Counted from the first letter of the stretch, positions 1 to 11,940 are shown. The stretch: 64,000 nt of DNA from Candidatus Obscuribacteraceae bacterium (GCA_044226015.1 JBGAHS010000004.1:783371-847370); one strand, 5' to 3'. Notes: generated by a model from the letters alone, not told the origin. A program made the numbers and translations.

Positions 1-1123
<1,123 letters not shown>

Positions 1124-1393
1124 TTATCGCCTCAAGAAGTTAAAACAGCACAAGTTAAGTCAGCACCGAGCGGGAACTGCGTTCCATCGGACTTAGAGCC
1201 TCTGAGCCCAGTATTGACCGACATAGTCTAACGCCTTGTTCTCAACAGTGTCAAACCATTTGCAATTACATAATGTTCAGAACTTTCAACATGCAGGCTA
1301 GCCAATGAAATGCCTGTGTTGTTGCGTGATACGCAATGTGAAAAAGCAGTCCCTGATAGTCAAAAATGTTATCCTAAAAGAGGAGGATTGCGT

Positions 1394-2413
1394 GTGACTG
1401 AGACTCAGACCGCGTCGCATATATTTGACAGCGCTTTGCAAGAGCGTCAGCCTGTCGTATCCAGGTTGCTAACAGCCGCATTAGAGCGCAGAGCGCTAGG
1501 TAATGCTTACCTGCTAACTGGTAGAGCTCTTTCTGACAAGTGGGCTCTGACGCGGCAATTGGCTGCGTTTCTTAATTGTCTTTCTCGCAACGATTCGGAA
1601 CATTTTTCTTGTCTCAGTAAAGGCGTAGCTATACTTTGCCAAAACTGTCAGTGGATTTCTCAAGGCGAACATCCGCAAGCGTGGATGGTGCTTGAGGGGC
1701 AAGGCGCAAGCGGAATGATACCCGTTGATAAGGCTCGCCAGCTTGTTGAGGAAATGAATAAAACCTCCAGATATATGCGAGTCGTGGTGGTTCCGAATGC
1801 TGATCAGCAAGTCTTACATGCCGCGCCCGCAAACGCTTTATTGAAAAATATCGAAGAACCTCAAGCAAATGCGCTCTGGGTGCTTTTTGCAGCGTCCGAA
1901 AAGCAAGTTCTGCCGACAATAGTGAGTCGGTCTCAAGTTCTGCCAATGGTTGGGCAGTTCAAGCCTGGTCTGTGGATCGATGAAGAAGCCATTCTCAAGC
2001 AGACCAATGAAAACAGTTTGCCCGAGCGGGCCATGGCTATCAAGTCTGAATTTATTCATGCCGGACGCAAGCGATTGCAGGGCTCATCGGGCTTGCATGG
2101 TTCCTTGATTAAAGCTGTCACGGAAAGCCAGGAGACAAGCAGTCGTTTCCTAGAACTTTGTGATGACGATTCGATAGAAGCTGAATTGCTTCTAGATATA
2201 TTTCTTGCTGCCGAAATGGAAGTTCTAAATGCTGAGTCTGGTGGAAACCCGCAGCTGAGCTTGTATTTGAGCAAATTAGCAGAGCTGACCGAAAGTGCAA
2301 AAAACGAACTGTCACACTACGTCAAGAAGAACAATGTGCTAGAAACATTTGCATATTCTCTGACAGAATTGAGATTGAAATATCTAGGAGACTTTCATCT
2401 TGCAAAGAACTGA
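1394..2413 (+). CDS. holB: DNA polymerase III subunit delta' (clamp loader)
   Basis: NAYLLTG, Zn-like C..C..CxxC, ANALLKNIEEP and LPTIVSRS motifs. Start moved to GTG at 1394, which follows AGGAGG at 1381-1386. Confidence 0.85.
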   Translation: MTETQTASHIFDSALQERQPVVSRLLTAALERRALGNAYLLTGRALSDKWALTRQLAAFLNCLSRNDSEHFSCLSKGVAILCQNCQWISQGEHPQAWMVLEGQGASGMIPVDKARQLVEEMNKTSRYMRVVVVPNADQQVLHAAPANALLKNIEEPQANALWVLFAASEKQVLPTIVSRSQVLPMVGQFKPGLWIDEEAILKQTNENSLPERAMAIKSEFIHAGRKRLQGSSGLHGSLIKAVTESQETSSRFLELCDDDSIEAELLLDIFLAAEMEVLNAESGGNPQLSLYLSKLAELTESAKNELSHYVKKNNVLETFAYSLTELRLKYLGDFHLAKN

Positions 2414-3428
2414 ACGCGGACAATCTTTAATCTCGGGAATTCTGTCGATTCAAAGTTTGCTGGCTATTTTTGCCATGATCTTATTTGGAATGAGCATTTC
2501 ACATCCTGATAAAGCGACGATAATTGCTTCAAGTGCTCCGGTGAAACCAGGCATTGACATAAATAGCTATGAGGTCATCAAAGAAGCGCGCAAAATGAAG
2601 GCATACCAACTCATGGAAAAGCACAACTTAACAGGTGCTGTTACCGAGTTGAACAAAATGATGGAATCCAGTCCCAATGATGTTCCAAGCATTTATTGTT
2701 CTGCTGTGGTTTTACTAAAAACTGGCAGCAAAGACCGCGGCTTTACTCAGATGAAGCGTGCACTAGCAATGGCACCGCAAAACAAAGAGCTGCGCTTGGA
2801 GTATGCCCGTTTCCTGGTTGAGCAAGCAATGACAGATGATGCTGTTATGCAGTATCACATGGTGATTAACCAGGCACCGAAAATGGGTGATGCTCGAATG
2901 GAGCTTGCGCAATTATTCCTGAGTTTAGAGAAAAATGATGACGCTGTGCATGAGTTGGAAGAGCTTGTGAAAGTTTATCCGAACAATGCATTAGCGCATA
3001 AAGTGCTCGGCGTAGCCCTCGCCAGAGCGGGTAAGCCACAAGAGGGGTTAGACGAGTACATTGCGGGCATCAATGCTGAAAGTATCGGTGGGCAGCCTGA
3101 AGCCGTTAAGTTCATTGTTTCATCCTGGGGAAATATCGATAAGGCTAAGTACAGTCTTGAACAAGAAGCTAACCGAAACCCAGATGATGCATTGCCAAAG
3201 CTGAGGCTTGCTGAAATCGCACTCTACAATGGCGATCTCGCAACGGCAAAGACGTATTTGATCGATGCGCGCAAATTGCAGCCGAACAATCCGGAAGTGC
3301 ACCGAAGCCTGGGCGTTACCTTCAAGCGTCTCGGAGACAACAGGCAGGCTTTGACTGCGTTTATGCAATCAATTGCGCTTGAGCAAGAACAAAACAAGAA
3401 ATTGAAGTCCAAAGTTTTGATGAACTAG
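2400..3428 (+). CDS. Membrane-anchored TPR protein
   Basis: N-terminal hydrophobic helix followed by multiple TPR repeats (e.g. PNNALAHKVLGVALARAGK, PNNPEVHRSLGVTF). Overlaps the holB stop. Confidence 0.85.
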   Translation: MQRTERGQSLISGILSIQSLLAIFAMILFGMSISHPDKATIIASSAPVKPGIDINSYEVIKEARKMKAYQLMEKHNLTGAVTELNKMMESSPNDVPSIYCSAVVLLKTGSKDRGFTQMKRALAMAPQNKELRLEYARFLVEQAMTDDAVMQYHMVINQAPKMGDARMELAQLFLSLEKNDDAVHELEELVKVYPNNALAHKVLGVALARAGKPQEGLDEYIAGINAESIGGQPEAVKFIVSSWGNIDKAKYSLEQEANRNPDDALPKLRLAEIALYNGDLATAKTYLIDARKLQPNNPEVHRSLGVTFKRLGDNRQALTAFMQSIALEQEQNKKLKSKVLMN

Positions 3429-3644
3429 TTTTCGATTTCCAGTGAGTCGTTTCTGTGAGAATTGCGCTGTTTTGCGCTTTTGAGCCAATCTGCAGATGAA
3501 ACTAAAGCTAGTTAGTGCACCGCATTTGGTGCAAACCACTAATTGCATTAGCTGTTGTTGGGGCGAACTTGGGCCGCCGTCGAATCGGACCTTAGCGCGG
3601 TGCTTCCATCCGCGCTGTCATGATAATTCCGTGTGTGTCAACTC

Positions 3645-4610
3645 TTAAGGAGTTCCTTCGGTCTTCTTATTCTTTTCGCTTTGCAAAATCTGCTCCCATG
3701 CAGCCTTTTCTTCGGGGCTCAATGCAGCGCTGGGCAAGCTGATTCTCAGCTTCACGAGATGGTCGCCGCGAACTGATTGTTTCAATTTAGGCAGACCACG
3801 CTCTCTCAGGCGCAACAATCTGCCGGGTTGGCTAAGCGGTGGCACGTTGATGGTGACGGAGCCATCGAGCGTGTTTACTGTAGCTTCGCCCCCAAGAACT
3901 GCCAGAGCAGCGCTTATCTGCAACTCGCTGATTATGTTATCGCCTTCGATTGTCAGATAGGGATGCGGCTTCACGCGCACCTTTAGAAAGAGGTCTCCAG
4001 GTGCTGTACCCATGCCAGCCGTGGGCGCCTCGCCAGGCACTCGAACCTTGCTACCAGGACGTACCCCAGCGGGAATTTTGACCTGCAGGGTTTTCATTGC
4101 TTGACCTGGTCTAGTGATTTGAATATTTCTTGCTGTACCGCGAGCTAACTCTTCGATGGTAAGCTCAATGTCTGCTTCGTGGTCGGCATTTCGAGCCTGT
4201 CTTGCTTGCTGCTGTGCAGCTGCTCCGGGGTGCCCGGCACCTTGTCCGAAGGTCTGTCCGAACAAGACATCAAAGAAATCGGAAAATGGCGAGGATGCAC
4301 CTCCAGGTGCGCCTTTTCCAAAACTACTGAAGTCGAAACTAAAGCCCCCAAAGCCAGGCGGCGGTGTGAAGTCAGAGCCAGCTTTCCAGTTGTTGCCCAA
4401 CATGTCATAACGCTTGCGTTTGTCGGGGTCTTTCAACACCTCGTAAGCTTCTGTCAGCTCCTTGAACTTTTCTTCGGCTTGCTTGTTTCCAGGATTTGCG
4501 TCTGGATGCAATTCACGCGCCAACTTACGATAAGCAGTTTTGATCTCCTTATCGGTGGCGGTTCTGGCGACTCCGAGGGTTTGATAATAGTCTTTGTACT
4601 TTACGGACAA
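3645..4610 (-). CDS. cbpA: Class II J-domain co-chaperone (CbpA/DnaJ-like, no Zn finger)
   Basis: [14 protein letters not shown] motif, G/F-rich region and DnaJ C-terminal domain, with no CxxCxGxG repeats. Start moved to TTG at 4610, with GAGGAG upstream. Confidence 0.85.
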   Translation of the reverse strand: MSVKYKDYYQTLGVARTATDKEIKTAYRKLARELHPDANPGNKQAEEKFKELTEAYEVLKDPDKRKRYDMLGNNWKAGSDFTPPPGFGGFSFDFSSFGKGAPGGASSPFSDFFDVLFGQTFGQGAGHPGAAAQQQARQARNADHEADIELTIEELARGTARNIQITRPGQAMKTLQVKIPAGVRPGSKVRVPGEAPTAGMGTAPGDLFLKVRVKPHPYLTIEGDNIISELQISAALAVLGGEATVNTLDGSVTINVPPLSQPGRLLRLRERGLPKLKQSVRGDHLVKLRISLPSAALSPEEKAAWEQILQSEKNKKTEGTP

Positions 4611-4931
4611 ATTGAATGCTCCTCGAGCTATTTTTGAGGGGACATTTTTCGCCTGTGTTTCAGGCTGGCTAAACATAATTCTAGTACGATCAATATGGTG
4701 CTGCTTGAATTTTTTGCATTCCAAGTGCTCAATCGATTCTTTTCTACAAGAGTTTAGATTAAGCCTTGGTTTTCTCAAAAGTTTTTAGCTTGGAAACCGA
4801 ATGAAATACGCCAATCAGGGTAAATAGATCGCGGGGAGGTTCTTGACATCAATTCATCTTTGGGTCTGAAAAGGTGAGCTGTATATCTCGGAACCTTGGG
4901 GCGATTGCAAAAAGGAATTGGAAAATTCTGC

Positions 4932-5933
4932 ATGGCAACCAACTTAAATTGGACTGACCTCAGCCGAACCGGTTATGAGGCGCTGACCCAGGGAAATTTC
5001 GAGAAGGCAGAACTGCTTTTTCGGCGCGCAATTGACCATTGCGGGTTCGAACAAGAAGACCTGCGCCTGGCATACAGTTTTTTGGTACTTGGACGCTGCC
5101 TGTCACAGAAAGGTGATTGGGTTGGCGCTGATCCTATGTATCAGAAGGCGATGGTAATCTACGAGAAGGTTCATGGACCCGTCCATGAAGACGTGGGCTA
5201 CTCTTTGTCAGGTCAGGCTAAGTGCAAACTTCAGACAGGCCATTATGAGGCTGCGTCGAATTTGTACAAACGTGCTGTGACCATTTACGAACAAGTGCGT
5301 GGTCCAGAACATGAGGACACAGGGAATGTGTTGGACAATCTCGGTCAGAGCTATATGGCTCAGCGAGAATATGAGAAAGCAATCGAGTGCTATGAACGTT
5401 CGGTGAAGATTTTCACCAAGGTTCGTGGACCTTACGACGAGAAAGTTGCTGACGGTTTGTTCAGTTTGGGTCGCTGTCATGACGAACTGAATGAAGACAA
5501 ATTGGCTGCTCCACTTTTTCATCGTGCGCTAGAGATTTATGAGCAGCAGGCAGAGCCCGATCGCGAGCAGTTAGCGAATTGCCAGTACAACCTGGCGCGT
5601 TGCTATCAAGGCTTGCGTGAGTTCCTGAAGGCTGAACCCCTTTATCATCGAGCGTTAGATTATTTCTTGAAGTCAAAGGACAAGAGCCTAGAGCGCAGTG
5701 CGGCATACTGCACTTTTGCCCTATCAACATGCTACATGGTATCTGGTGATTATCGTGCGGAGGAGTATTTGAAGAGAGCTAAAATGCTCTATGAAAAGAT
5801 CTTTGGACCTAATCATTTGCAAACCGCATACCTTTTGGATGCGTATTCACGTCTGTTGAGCAACACGTGTCGCTCAGCTGAAGCCAAAAGACTCGAAGAG
5901 CGAGCTCGCGAAATTCGCGAAAAGTTCAATTAG
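4932..5933 (+). CDS. Kinesin-light-chain-type TPR protein
   Basis: ~42-aa repeats (YEKVHGPVHEDVG, YEQVRGPEHEDTG, FTKVRGPYDEKVA, YEKIFGPNHLQTA). ATG at 4932 preferred as start. Confidence 0.85.
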   Translation: MATNLNWTDLSRTGYEALTQGNFEKAELLFRRAIDHCGFEQEDLRLAYSFLVLGRCLSQKGDWVGADPMYQKAMVIYEKVHGPVHEDVGYSLSGQAKCKLQTGHYEAASNLYKRAVTIYEQVRGPEHEDTGNVLDNLGQSYMAQREYEKAIECYERSVKIFTKVRGPYDEKVADGLFSLGRCHDELNEDKLAAPLFHRALEIYEQQAEPDREQLANCQYNLARCYQGLREFLKAEPLYHRALDYFLKSKDKSLERSAAYCTFALSTCYMVSGDYRAEEYLKRAKMLYEKIFGPNHLQTAYLLDAYSRLLSNTCRSAEAKRLEERAREIREKFN

Positions 5934-5955
5934 GAGTTTTTTCCGTAGTGACGGC

Positions 5956-5995
5956 AAGAGTCCCTTCCTCAACAGAAGGGGCTCTTTCTCTTTTT
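5956..5995 (+). terminator. Intrinsic terminator
   Basis: AAGAGTCCCTTC/GAAGGGGCTCTT stem followed by a T-rich tract, just after the TPR gene. Confidence 0.7.
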
Positions 5996-6077
5996 GTGCT
6001 GGGTTTGAAGCGCTAGCAAAGCCGAGAAGGTAGAAATCAAATCCTCCTCCGGGTGCGACGCTTTGGCACTGCGGTTT

Positions 6078-6353
6078 TTACTTAGCGGATGTTTCTTCCT
6101 TGCAAGCTTTGTCTCTGGCTTTCGCCATGGGGTTAAAGTTGTCATACGAAAGATAGATGCTAATTGACTCGTAGCCTGTGCCATCGTTTCCTTCTGAGGA
6201 CATGGTTATCCCAAAAGGTGCGTTCCGTTTTGCCGACTCAAATACTTCCGACCAGTGACAGGAGCCAACTGATTGCATCAATCGTGATGCATCAAGCCCA
6301 TTTTTTCTTACTAAGGCGTCGCCTAGCTCGTTACCTTTTTGCTTGTAATCCAT
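6078..6353 (-). CDS. Small hypothetical protein (~91 aa)
   Basis: ORF MDYKQKGNELG... with a purine-rich upstream sequence. It fills an otherwise empty gap; no recognisable motif. Confidence 0.5.
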   Translation of the reverse strand: MDYKQKGNELGDALVRKNGLDASRLMQSVGSCHWSEVFESAKRNAPFGITMSSEGNDGTGYESISIYLSYDNFNPMAKARDKACKEETSAK

Positions 6354-6559
6354 ATTTCTTTCCCCAACCAACCAGTTACATATTAGGGTAATGCTGTCTA
6401 CCCTTGGATGTGGATGACTCCACTTTTGGTCTGCACTTATGTGTGATGCTCTAAATCAAACTTTGGACACGATGCGTTTACTAGTGTGAGACTGCCTGCT
6501 ATTCTGTTCAGCACTTTGATTAGCTCGCGAGTAGCTTTTCTCATAGGATAGGCTAAAAA

Positions 6560-7639
6560 ATGGATTCCATTCAAAAATTGCAAGATGCGCTTGAACTCAG
6601 CTTTGACCCCAACAGTCTTGCTCAAAAAGACTCCAATATTTTCGGATTGCCTTTCACAGCACAAACTGCTCAGCAGGTGATAATTCCAGTGCCTTGGGAA
6701 GTGACAGTATCTTACAATGCAGGCACTGCGGAAGGTCCTGCGTCCATATTCGACGCTTCCAAGCAAGTTGACCTGTATGACCCCGATGTGAAAGATGCAT
6801 GGAAGCTTGGGCTCGCTATGCTCGATATGCCAGAACGGCTAGTGGAATTGAACCGGGAGATGCGCTGCAAGGCCGAAGAGTACATTGATGCGCTTGAGGA
6901 TGGAAAATCTGCCACTACAGATGGTGCGTGCGCTGGTCTGCTGCAAGAAATAAATGAAAGCTGCGAGCAGATGAATACCTGGGTTTTTGAACAAGCTGAT
7001 GGCTTGCTCAAGCAAAGCAAGCTCGTTGGCTTGATTGGTGGCGACCACAGTACTCCGCTTGGATTAATGCGAGCGCTTGCGCTGAAGTACAAGGAGTTCG
7101 GCATTCTACACTTTGATGCGCATGCGGATCTCCGTGATGCTTATGAAGGGTTCAAATACTCGCACGCATCAATAATGTTCAACGCTCTCAGTATTGGTTC
7201 TCTAACTAGACTTATTCAGGTTGGTATCAGAGATTTTTGTGAGCAAGAAGCTGAGCTGGTCAAAGATTCACAGGGACGTATAGTCTCGTATTATGACCGC
7301 GACATAAAATCGCGAATGTATGGTGGCGAAAGTTGGAAGCAAATCAGTGACGAGATCGTGAGCCATTTGCCTCAGCATGTCTATGTAAGCTTTGACGTTG
7401 ATGGGTTGGATCCGAAACTTTGTCCGAATACCGGAACGCCTGTGCCGGGCGGCTTGGAATTCGAGCAAGCTGTTTATGTAGTGAAATGCCTGGTTGAAAG
7501 CGGAAAGTCTATTATCGGTTTTGATGTGAATGAGGTCGCACCGGGTGAAGATGAGTGGGATGCCAATGTAGGTGCGCGCCTTGTTTATCGATTGGCGAAC
7601 CTGGCAGCATTGAGCCGTGGACTAAAACCTATAGTCTGA
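6560..7639 (+). CDS. speB: Agmatinase (ureohydrolase/arginase family)
   Basis: GGDHS, HFDAHADLR, SFDVDGLDP and PNTGTPVPGGL metal-binding motifs. Substrate is inferred from the family. Confidence 0.85.
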   Translation: MDSIQKLQDALELSFDPNSLAQKDSNIFGLPFTAQTAQQVIIPVPWEVTVSYNAGTAEGPASIFDASKQVDLYDPDVKDAWKLGLAMLDMPERLVELNREMRCKAEEYIDALEDGKSATTDGACAGLLQEINESCEQMNTWVFEQADGLLKQSKLVGLIGGDHSTPLGLMRALALKYKEFGILHFDAHADLRDAYEGFKYSHASIMFNALSIGSLTRLIQVGIRDFCEQEAELVKDSQGRIVSYYDRDIKSRMYGGESWKQISDEIVSHLPQHVYVSFDVDGLDPKLCPNTGTPVPGGLEFEQAVYVVKCLVESGKSIIGFDVNEVAPGEDEWDANVGARLVYRLANLAALSRGLKPIV

Positions 7640-7763
7640 GCTACTCGTTGACCAGCATTGGAAGTAAAGACCGCAGAGTGAATATTAGTGGTTCTAAATG
7701 CAATGGTTTGCCTAATTTTGCCGAGCTAAGCGTAGCCCAAATACACTACATCGGATTGGTCTT

Positions 7764-8246
7764 ATGAGCACGCGAAAAAAGAAAGGGCAGTCTCTAGCAG
7801 AATTGGGTGCTGGCATGATGGTCTTCGTCCCAGTGATCCTTCTACTAATAGATTGCGCCGTCATCATGATCGGAGTTTCAACAAACGAAGCGCTCTGCCG
7901 AGACGCGGCTCGCGCTGCTTCGTCTGGACCACCAGGTGCCATGTCCTCTGGAAATCACACAGTTGGCTCATCAGGATTGCCATATAAACGAGCACTAGCT
8001 GTTGTAAAAGATATCTACAATCTCGGTGGAATGGTCAAAGTAAAAGAAACGCTTCTGGTTAATGAAGAGCTTCACGAGCCACTTCCGCAGGTTCCTCAAG
8101 GAGGACCAGTAATTGGTCAGGTTACAGTCGAAACAACGATTGATGTTTTCCCGCCATTCTTAATCAAGATCTTTGCGGAAAATGGAACTTATCAATTTAA
8201 GAACACGCAGTCGTATCCTTACACTTACGTGATGCCTAGCAGCTAA
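7764..8246 (+). CDS. TadE/TadG-like pseudopilin
   Basis: Class III signal KKKG|QSLAE, a hydrophobic helix and a CRDAARAA motif. Confidence 0.75.
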   Translation: MSTRKKKGQSLAELGAGMMVFVPVILLLIDCAVIMIGVSTNEALCRDAARAASSGPPGAMSSGNHTVGSSGLPYKRALAVVKDIYNLGGMVKVKETLLVNEELHEPLPQVPQGGPVIGQVTVETTIDVFPPFLIKIFAENGTYQFKNTQSYPYTYVMPSS

Positions 8247-8277
8247 CGATCATAGCTGAATCCACCAAATATTTTGC

Positions 8278-8307
8278 TTGATGGATCGCTCATGAACGAC
8301 CCATCAA
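8278..8307. terminator. Hairpin between convergent genes (possible bidirectional terminator)
   Basis: TTGATGGATCG / CGACCCATCAA inverted repeat with A/T-rich flanks. Confidence 0.5.
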
Positions 8308-8361
8308 AATATGATTGTGCCTGAAAATTTGCGAAGGCACATGGGGCAATCAACCAATCAA

Positions 8362-8589
8362 CTAACTGAAGTAGACGCCGACGGCGCCTGTGACTCGACG
8401 CAATAGTCTAACTGAATCAACTTCAAGTTCTTCGCCATAATCAAGCTCTTGCTGTCCTCGAAGTTTCAATAAATCAATCAACGCTTTCCGCTCTTGCTCG
8501 GAAAGTTCGATTCTTTTGTTGTGATTGTCTGCTGCGACTCTCATCAGATCAGTTGTGCTCATACTTGAGTCATAGGTGGCCACTAGCAT
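8362..8589 (-). CDS. Small hypothetical protein (75 aa)
   Basis: ATG preceded by GGAG, with plausible globular composition. Confidence 0.6.
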   Translation of the reverse strand: MLVATYDSSMSTTDLMRVAADNHNKRIELSEQERKALIDLLKLRGQQELDYGEELEVDSVRLLRRVTGAVGVYFS

Positions 8590-8843
8590 AATTTCTCCAA
8601 GTCCTTGCGAACATCAAACCCCATAATGGAATCATTATGTATACGACTTTCTTGCTCTGCAAGATCAAATGACCGCCTGAGCCTGGGATTTCCACGAGCA
8701 AGATCGACCTGCGCGTGGTGAAAACCACAATCATGCCCAGAAAAGACCGTAAACACTCAGTACCCCTTGGAAAGGTTGCGGGGCGCGTCCCCCCGGAGCA
8801 CCACCCTCAATCCACGTCGTGCTGTCACTCAACACGTACACTT

Positions 8844-9668
8844 TTAGCAAGCAACGAACTCATCTTCCTCGTCAGAAGCGTTATTCTGTTGGCGAACTTG
8901 AATCTTTGTTTCTTCGATTAGTTTCTGGAACAACTCCATGCAGGTGAATTCCACCATACTTGGTGTCAACGATTTTCCATCTTCCAGTTCCCAGAAAACA
9001 TGGTTGCCGACTAGTCGGGTGTTCAATTTTGCGATTGTATGAAAGTGTTTTTCAGTTTGGCTGAGACCCAGTGCACGTTCCACTGGAATGAGATAGAACT
9101 GGATGCCTTTCTTGTCGCCGCGCAAGACGAGGCTGAAAGAAGGTGTTGAGAGGCGAGCACGGTAGTAAGTTACAGTTTCTTCTGCCTGTCGCAGTTTGTT
9201 GAATTTAACTACTTCTGTAACTGGTTGAGGGCTAGTTCCTGCAACGTGAAGAGGTCCGTATCCTAGAGCGCTATTAAGTTCGTAGCTGTATGCTTTCAAG
9301 ATTTCAAAAACATGTTCAATCATCGCTGCCATTGAAGCTTGACACAGTGTTTCTTCGCGATGCGCTTTTTCCATTTTGGTGCGCTGTTCTTTGATGAAGT
9401 TCATTGAGTCAGAAGCCATCTGATTCAAGAATTCGCCGCGCTCTTCGCTTGCTTTGGTTTGTGGTTTGGCTTTGTAGAGAACAAGAATTTGTTCGTTGAT
9501 CTCAGCAGTGCCATCAGGCGTTTCTTGCGTGTAGTCTGCTCTGTCGATTGTTTTTTTGAATGCGGCATTGTTGCCCCATTGTCTGTCGAAAAACGGCTCC
9601 TTGGTGATGTGCGCTTTCTTCGAATTTTTAGCAATAGCCTGAATGTTATGTAGTAATGCGTGCAACAT
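8844..9668 (-). CDS. Hypothetical protein carrying an unnamed domain also found in the neighbouring histidine kinase
   Basis: 274-aa ORF whose C-terminal half aligns by eye with the kinase input region (see findings). Confidence 0.8.
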   Translation of the reverse strand: MLHALLHNIQAIAKNSKKAHITKEPFFDRQWGNNAAFKKTIDRADYTQETPDGTAEINEQILVLYKAKPQTKASEERGEFLNQMASDSMNFIKEQRTKMEKAHREETLCQASMAAMIEHVFEILKAYSYELNSALGYGPLHVAGTSPQPVTEVVKFNKLRQAEETVTYYRARLSTPSFSLVLRGDKKGIQFYLIPVERALGLSQTEKHFHTIAKLNTRLVGNHVFWELEDGKSLTPSMVEFTCMELFQKLIEETKIQVRQQNNASDEEDEFVAC

Positions 9669-10053
9669 GATTCCAAACCCCAGAAAAGTAATGCCAATCC
9701 ATTCCTGTCAGCAAGATCCTGCCTAATGGATCTCGTTGAAGCCCTTAACTGACTAAGCAGTATTCAAATTCCCGAACTTTCTAGTAAATTCTGCCTTTTG
9801 GGCAGATGTCAATATCATAGCTTGACCATAAATCCGTGTAAATTAGCTAAAGCGCGTAAGCATTGTTGAGTTGTTTCGCTCTTCAGATTTGACTCAGTTT
9901 ATTGATCCTTTCTGAAAAAAAGTTGAGTGGATCGGTTTTAATTGCATCGGTTCCGGGTACTGCCCAGTACCCTCGCTATGAAGCGTATCAGATAGGTTAT
10001 ATTTGAGAAAGAGCAAATATGCCCAATTTCGATAAAAAATCAGGAGCATCTAA

Positions 10054-10254
10054 GTGAAAAAGTACAGTCCCTATATCTTTGGTGTGCTAGCTCTGGTGCT
10101 CATTGTGACCTCATTTATACTTCGAAATGGATCACCAGACGTAGATCTTGTGATCACCAATCTTGCCAGCACGTTCATGCTTTTTGGTGGTGGCATATGT
10201 GTGATCGTGGCTGTGGTAGCTTTCTTCAAGCGTGACGATCCTGAGGAGTGGTGA
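10054..10254 (+). CDS. Small two-TM membrane protein
   Basis: AGGAG RBS, GTG start and two hydrophobic helices. Confidence 0.7.
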   Translation: MKKYSPYIFGVLALVLIVTSFILRNGSPDVDLVITNLASTFMLFGGGICVIVAVVAFFKRDDPEEW

Positions 10255-10452
10255 AACTTCGTGCCATCGCTGCCGGTGAAGCGTGCTGAGAGTATATGTA
10301 CTAGCGTAGTGCGTGAGCTGCGCTAACCGTTACGCGGCGGAGCTGTGCACTCTCAGCTTATAGCTCAACCGGTACCGTTTCAGTTTCCGGGAAAATCTCC
10401 GTGCAAGTACTTGCGCAGAGAAACCTTAGAACTCAAACGCTACCGTTTCGGC

Positions 10453-11940
10453 CTAACCGAATCTGGACAGGCTTATCTCCAGAGTTACCCTGGTGCCTTT
10501 GCCCGGGGCCGATTTTATTCCGAACTTGGTTGGGAAAAATGAACGAATCAGGTCCGCACGTTCTTTCAGGCTGCCCATTCCATATCCGCCTTTTCTATTG
10601 CTTTTATCGCTAGCTGCTTCCATATCAAAGCCCTTGCCGTTGTCGGCAACAGTGACCATAAAAACTTCACCTTCTCGTTCCATGGTGACTACCACGCGGC
10701 TGGGTTCCGCATATTTGGTGGCATTGTTTACCGACTCTTGCACAATGCGGTAAATGTGTAGTAGCACCGCAGATGGCATCACTGGAATATCCATTTCGCT
10801 GATTAATTCGCAATCAATTCCTGTGCGCTGCGAAATTTGATCCAACATGTCCTCAATAACAGTGGAAAGCCCCCAGTCGCTGAGGTCTCTGGGAGAAAGG
10901 TCATAACAGATTTCCCGCAGCTTTCGGACTATGCCTTCAAGCGAGTCCATCGTTTCGTGTACAGAAATTCTTGAACTAGAACTCAAATTTCGCTTAAGCG
11001 CCATCACATCCGAAATCACTGCATCATGGAGGTCTCGCGCTATGCGTTTTTGAATTTCTTCCTGTTGAATAACTACTTTTTGTGCAAGGTGCTCGCGCTC
11101 GATTACAAGCTGCTCGATCGATCGTTTCAATCGTGGATCGTCCACTCCTGAGCCGTGCCCCATCTGGGTAGGTTGTTCTTGTTCTTGAGTTGCTGAAACA
11201 AGATCGCGAAACAACATTCTCATTTTTGAGCGCAAATCTTCAGCTGAAATAGGTAAGCCGTCACTGGTCCATACGCGCCTGCCACCAACTTTTAATAACT
11301 CAAGCCTTACCTTCAGTCGCAACGGAACTTCTGCTTGTGACAGAGCCATAAGATCTGACGAAGGCAAAAGAAAAAGTTCGATAACCGCGCGTCGTGATCG
11401 GCAGGAAAGAGCCCATGAACCGGTGGACGCGCGCCATCGAGTATAAGTTATTGTTTCTGTGATTTCTGAGCCAGGTCCCTTCATGACCTTTCTGCGCTCA
11501 TTTACATCCGAGGGTGGTGTCATGCTTATGACAACTTGTTTGCCAATATCGTTATATTCAGCAGCCAGGTGGGAGGTGAAATCGCATAGTCTGCTAGTCA
11601 GTAGTTGCACCGAGAGCATTGCTGGTTTCTTGTCAGATTCATCGAGTTGCCTCATGATCTGCCATTGATCAACTCCTCGCAGGCATGCGAGCCAGCCTCT
11701 ATCCTTAAAAACCCGCGTATCAAGAGTTTCAGCAAGCTGCTCATAACCCTCTATTTCGCTTAAACCGCGAACATCAGCACTCGATGAATAGGGACCCGAC
11801 CCTTGAGGAGTTGATTGCGGTGCAAGCGACTGACTGCTTATCGGTGCCCTGGCATCTTTTCCTGAGCGATTGCCTGAGTGCCTTATTCTTACACCGAAGA
11901 ACCAGAGTACCCTGTCAACAGCCTTGACTACGGGGTTCAT
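10453..11940 (-). CDS. Sensor histidine kinase, HisKA_3 (NarX/UhpB-like), apparently cytoplasmic
   Basis: RIARDLHD H-box, YRIVQESVNNATKYA N-box, DNGKGF, GYGMGSLKERA and SAPGKGT. No clear TM helix. Confidence 0.92.
   Translation of the reverse strand: MNPVVKAVDRVLWFFGVRIRHSGNRSGKDARAPISSQSLAPQSTPQGSGPYSSSADVRGLSEIEGYEQLAETLDTRVFKDRGWLACLRGVDQWQIMRQLDESDKKPAMLSVQLLTSRLCDFTSHLAAEYNDIGKQVVISMTPPSDVNERRKVMKGPGSEITETITYTRWRASTGSWALSCRSRRAVIELFLLPSSDLMALSQAEVPLRLKVRLELLKVGGRRVWTSDGLPISAEDLRSKMRMLFRDLVSATQEQEQPTQMGHGSGVDDPRLKRSIEQLVIEREHLAQKVVIQQEEIQKRIARDLHDAVISDVMALKRNLSSSSRISVHETMDSLEGIVRKLREICYDLSPRDLSDWGLSTVIEDMLDQISQRTGIDCELISEMDIPVMPSAVLLHIYRIVQESVNNATKYAEPSRVVVTMEREGEVFMVTVADNGKGFDMEAASDKSNRKGGYGMGSLKERADLIRSFFPTKFGIKSAPGKGTRVTLEISLSRFG

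Noticed and set aside
3500..3625. Hairpins containing GGAAGCA and GGTCCGATTC on the minus strand, as SRP RNA or tRNA
   Set aside because: Lack the SRP helix-8 context and a cloverleaf; more simply terminator hairpins between convergent genes.
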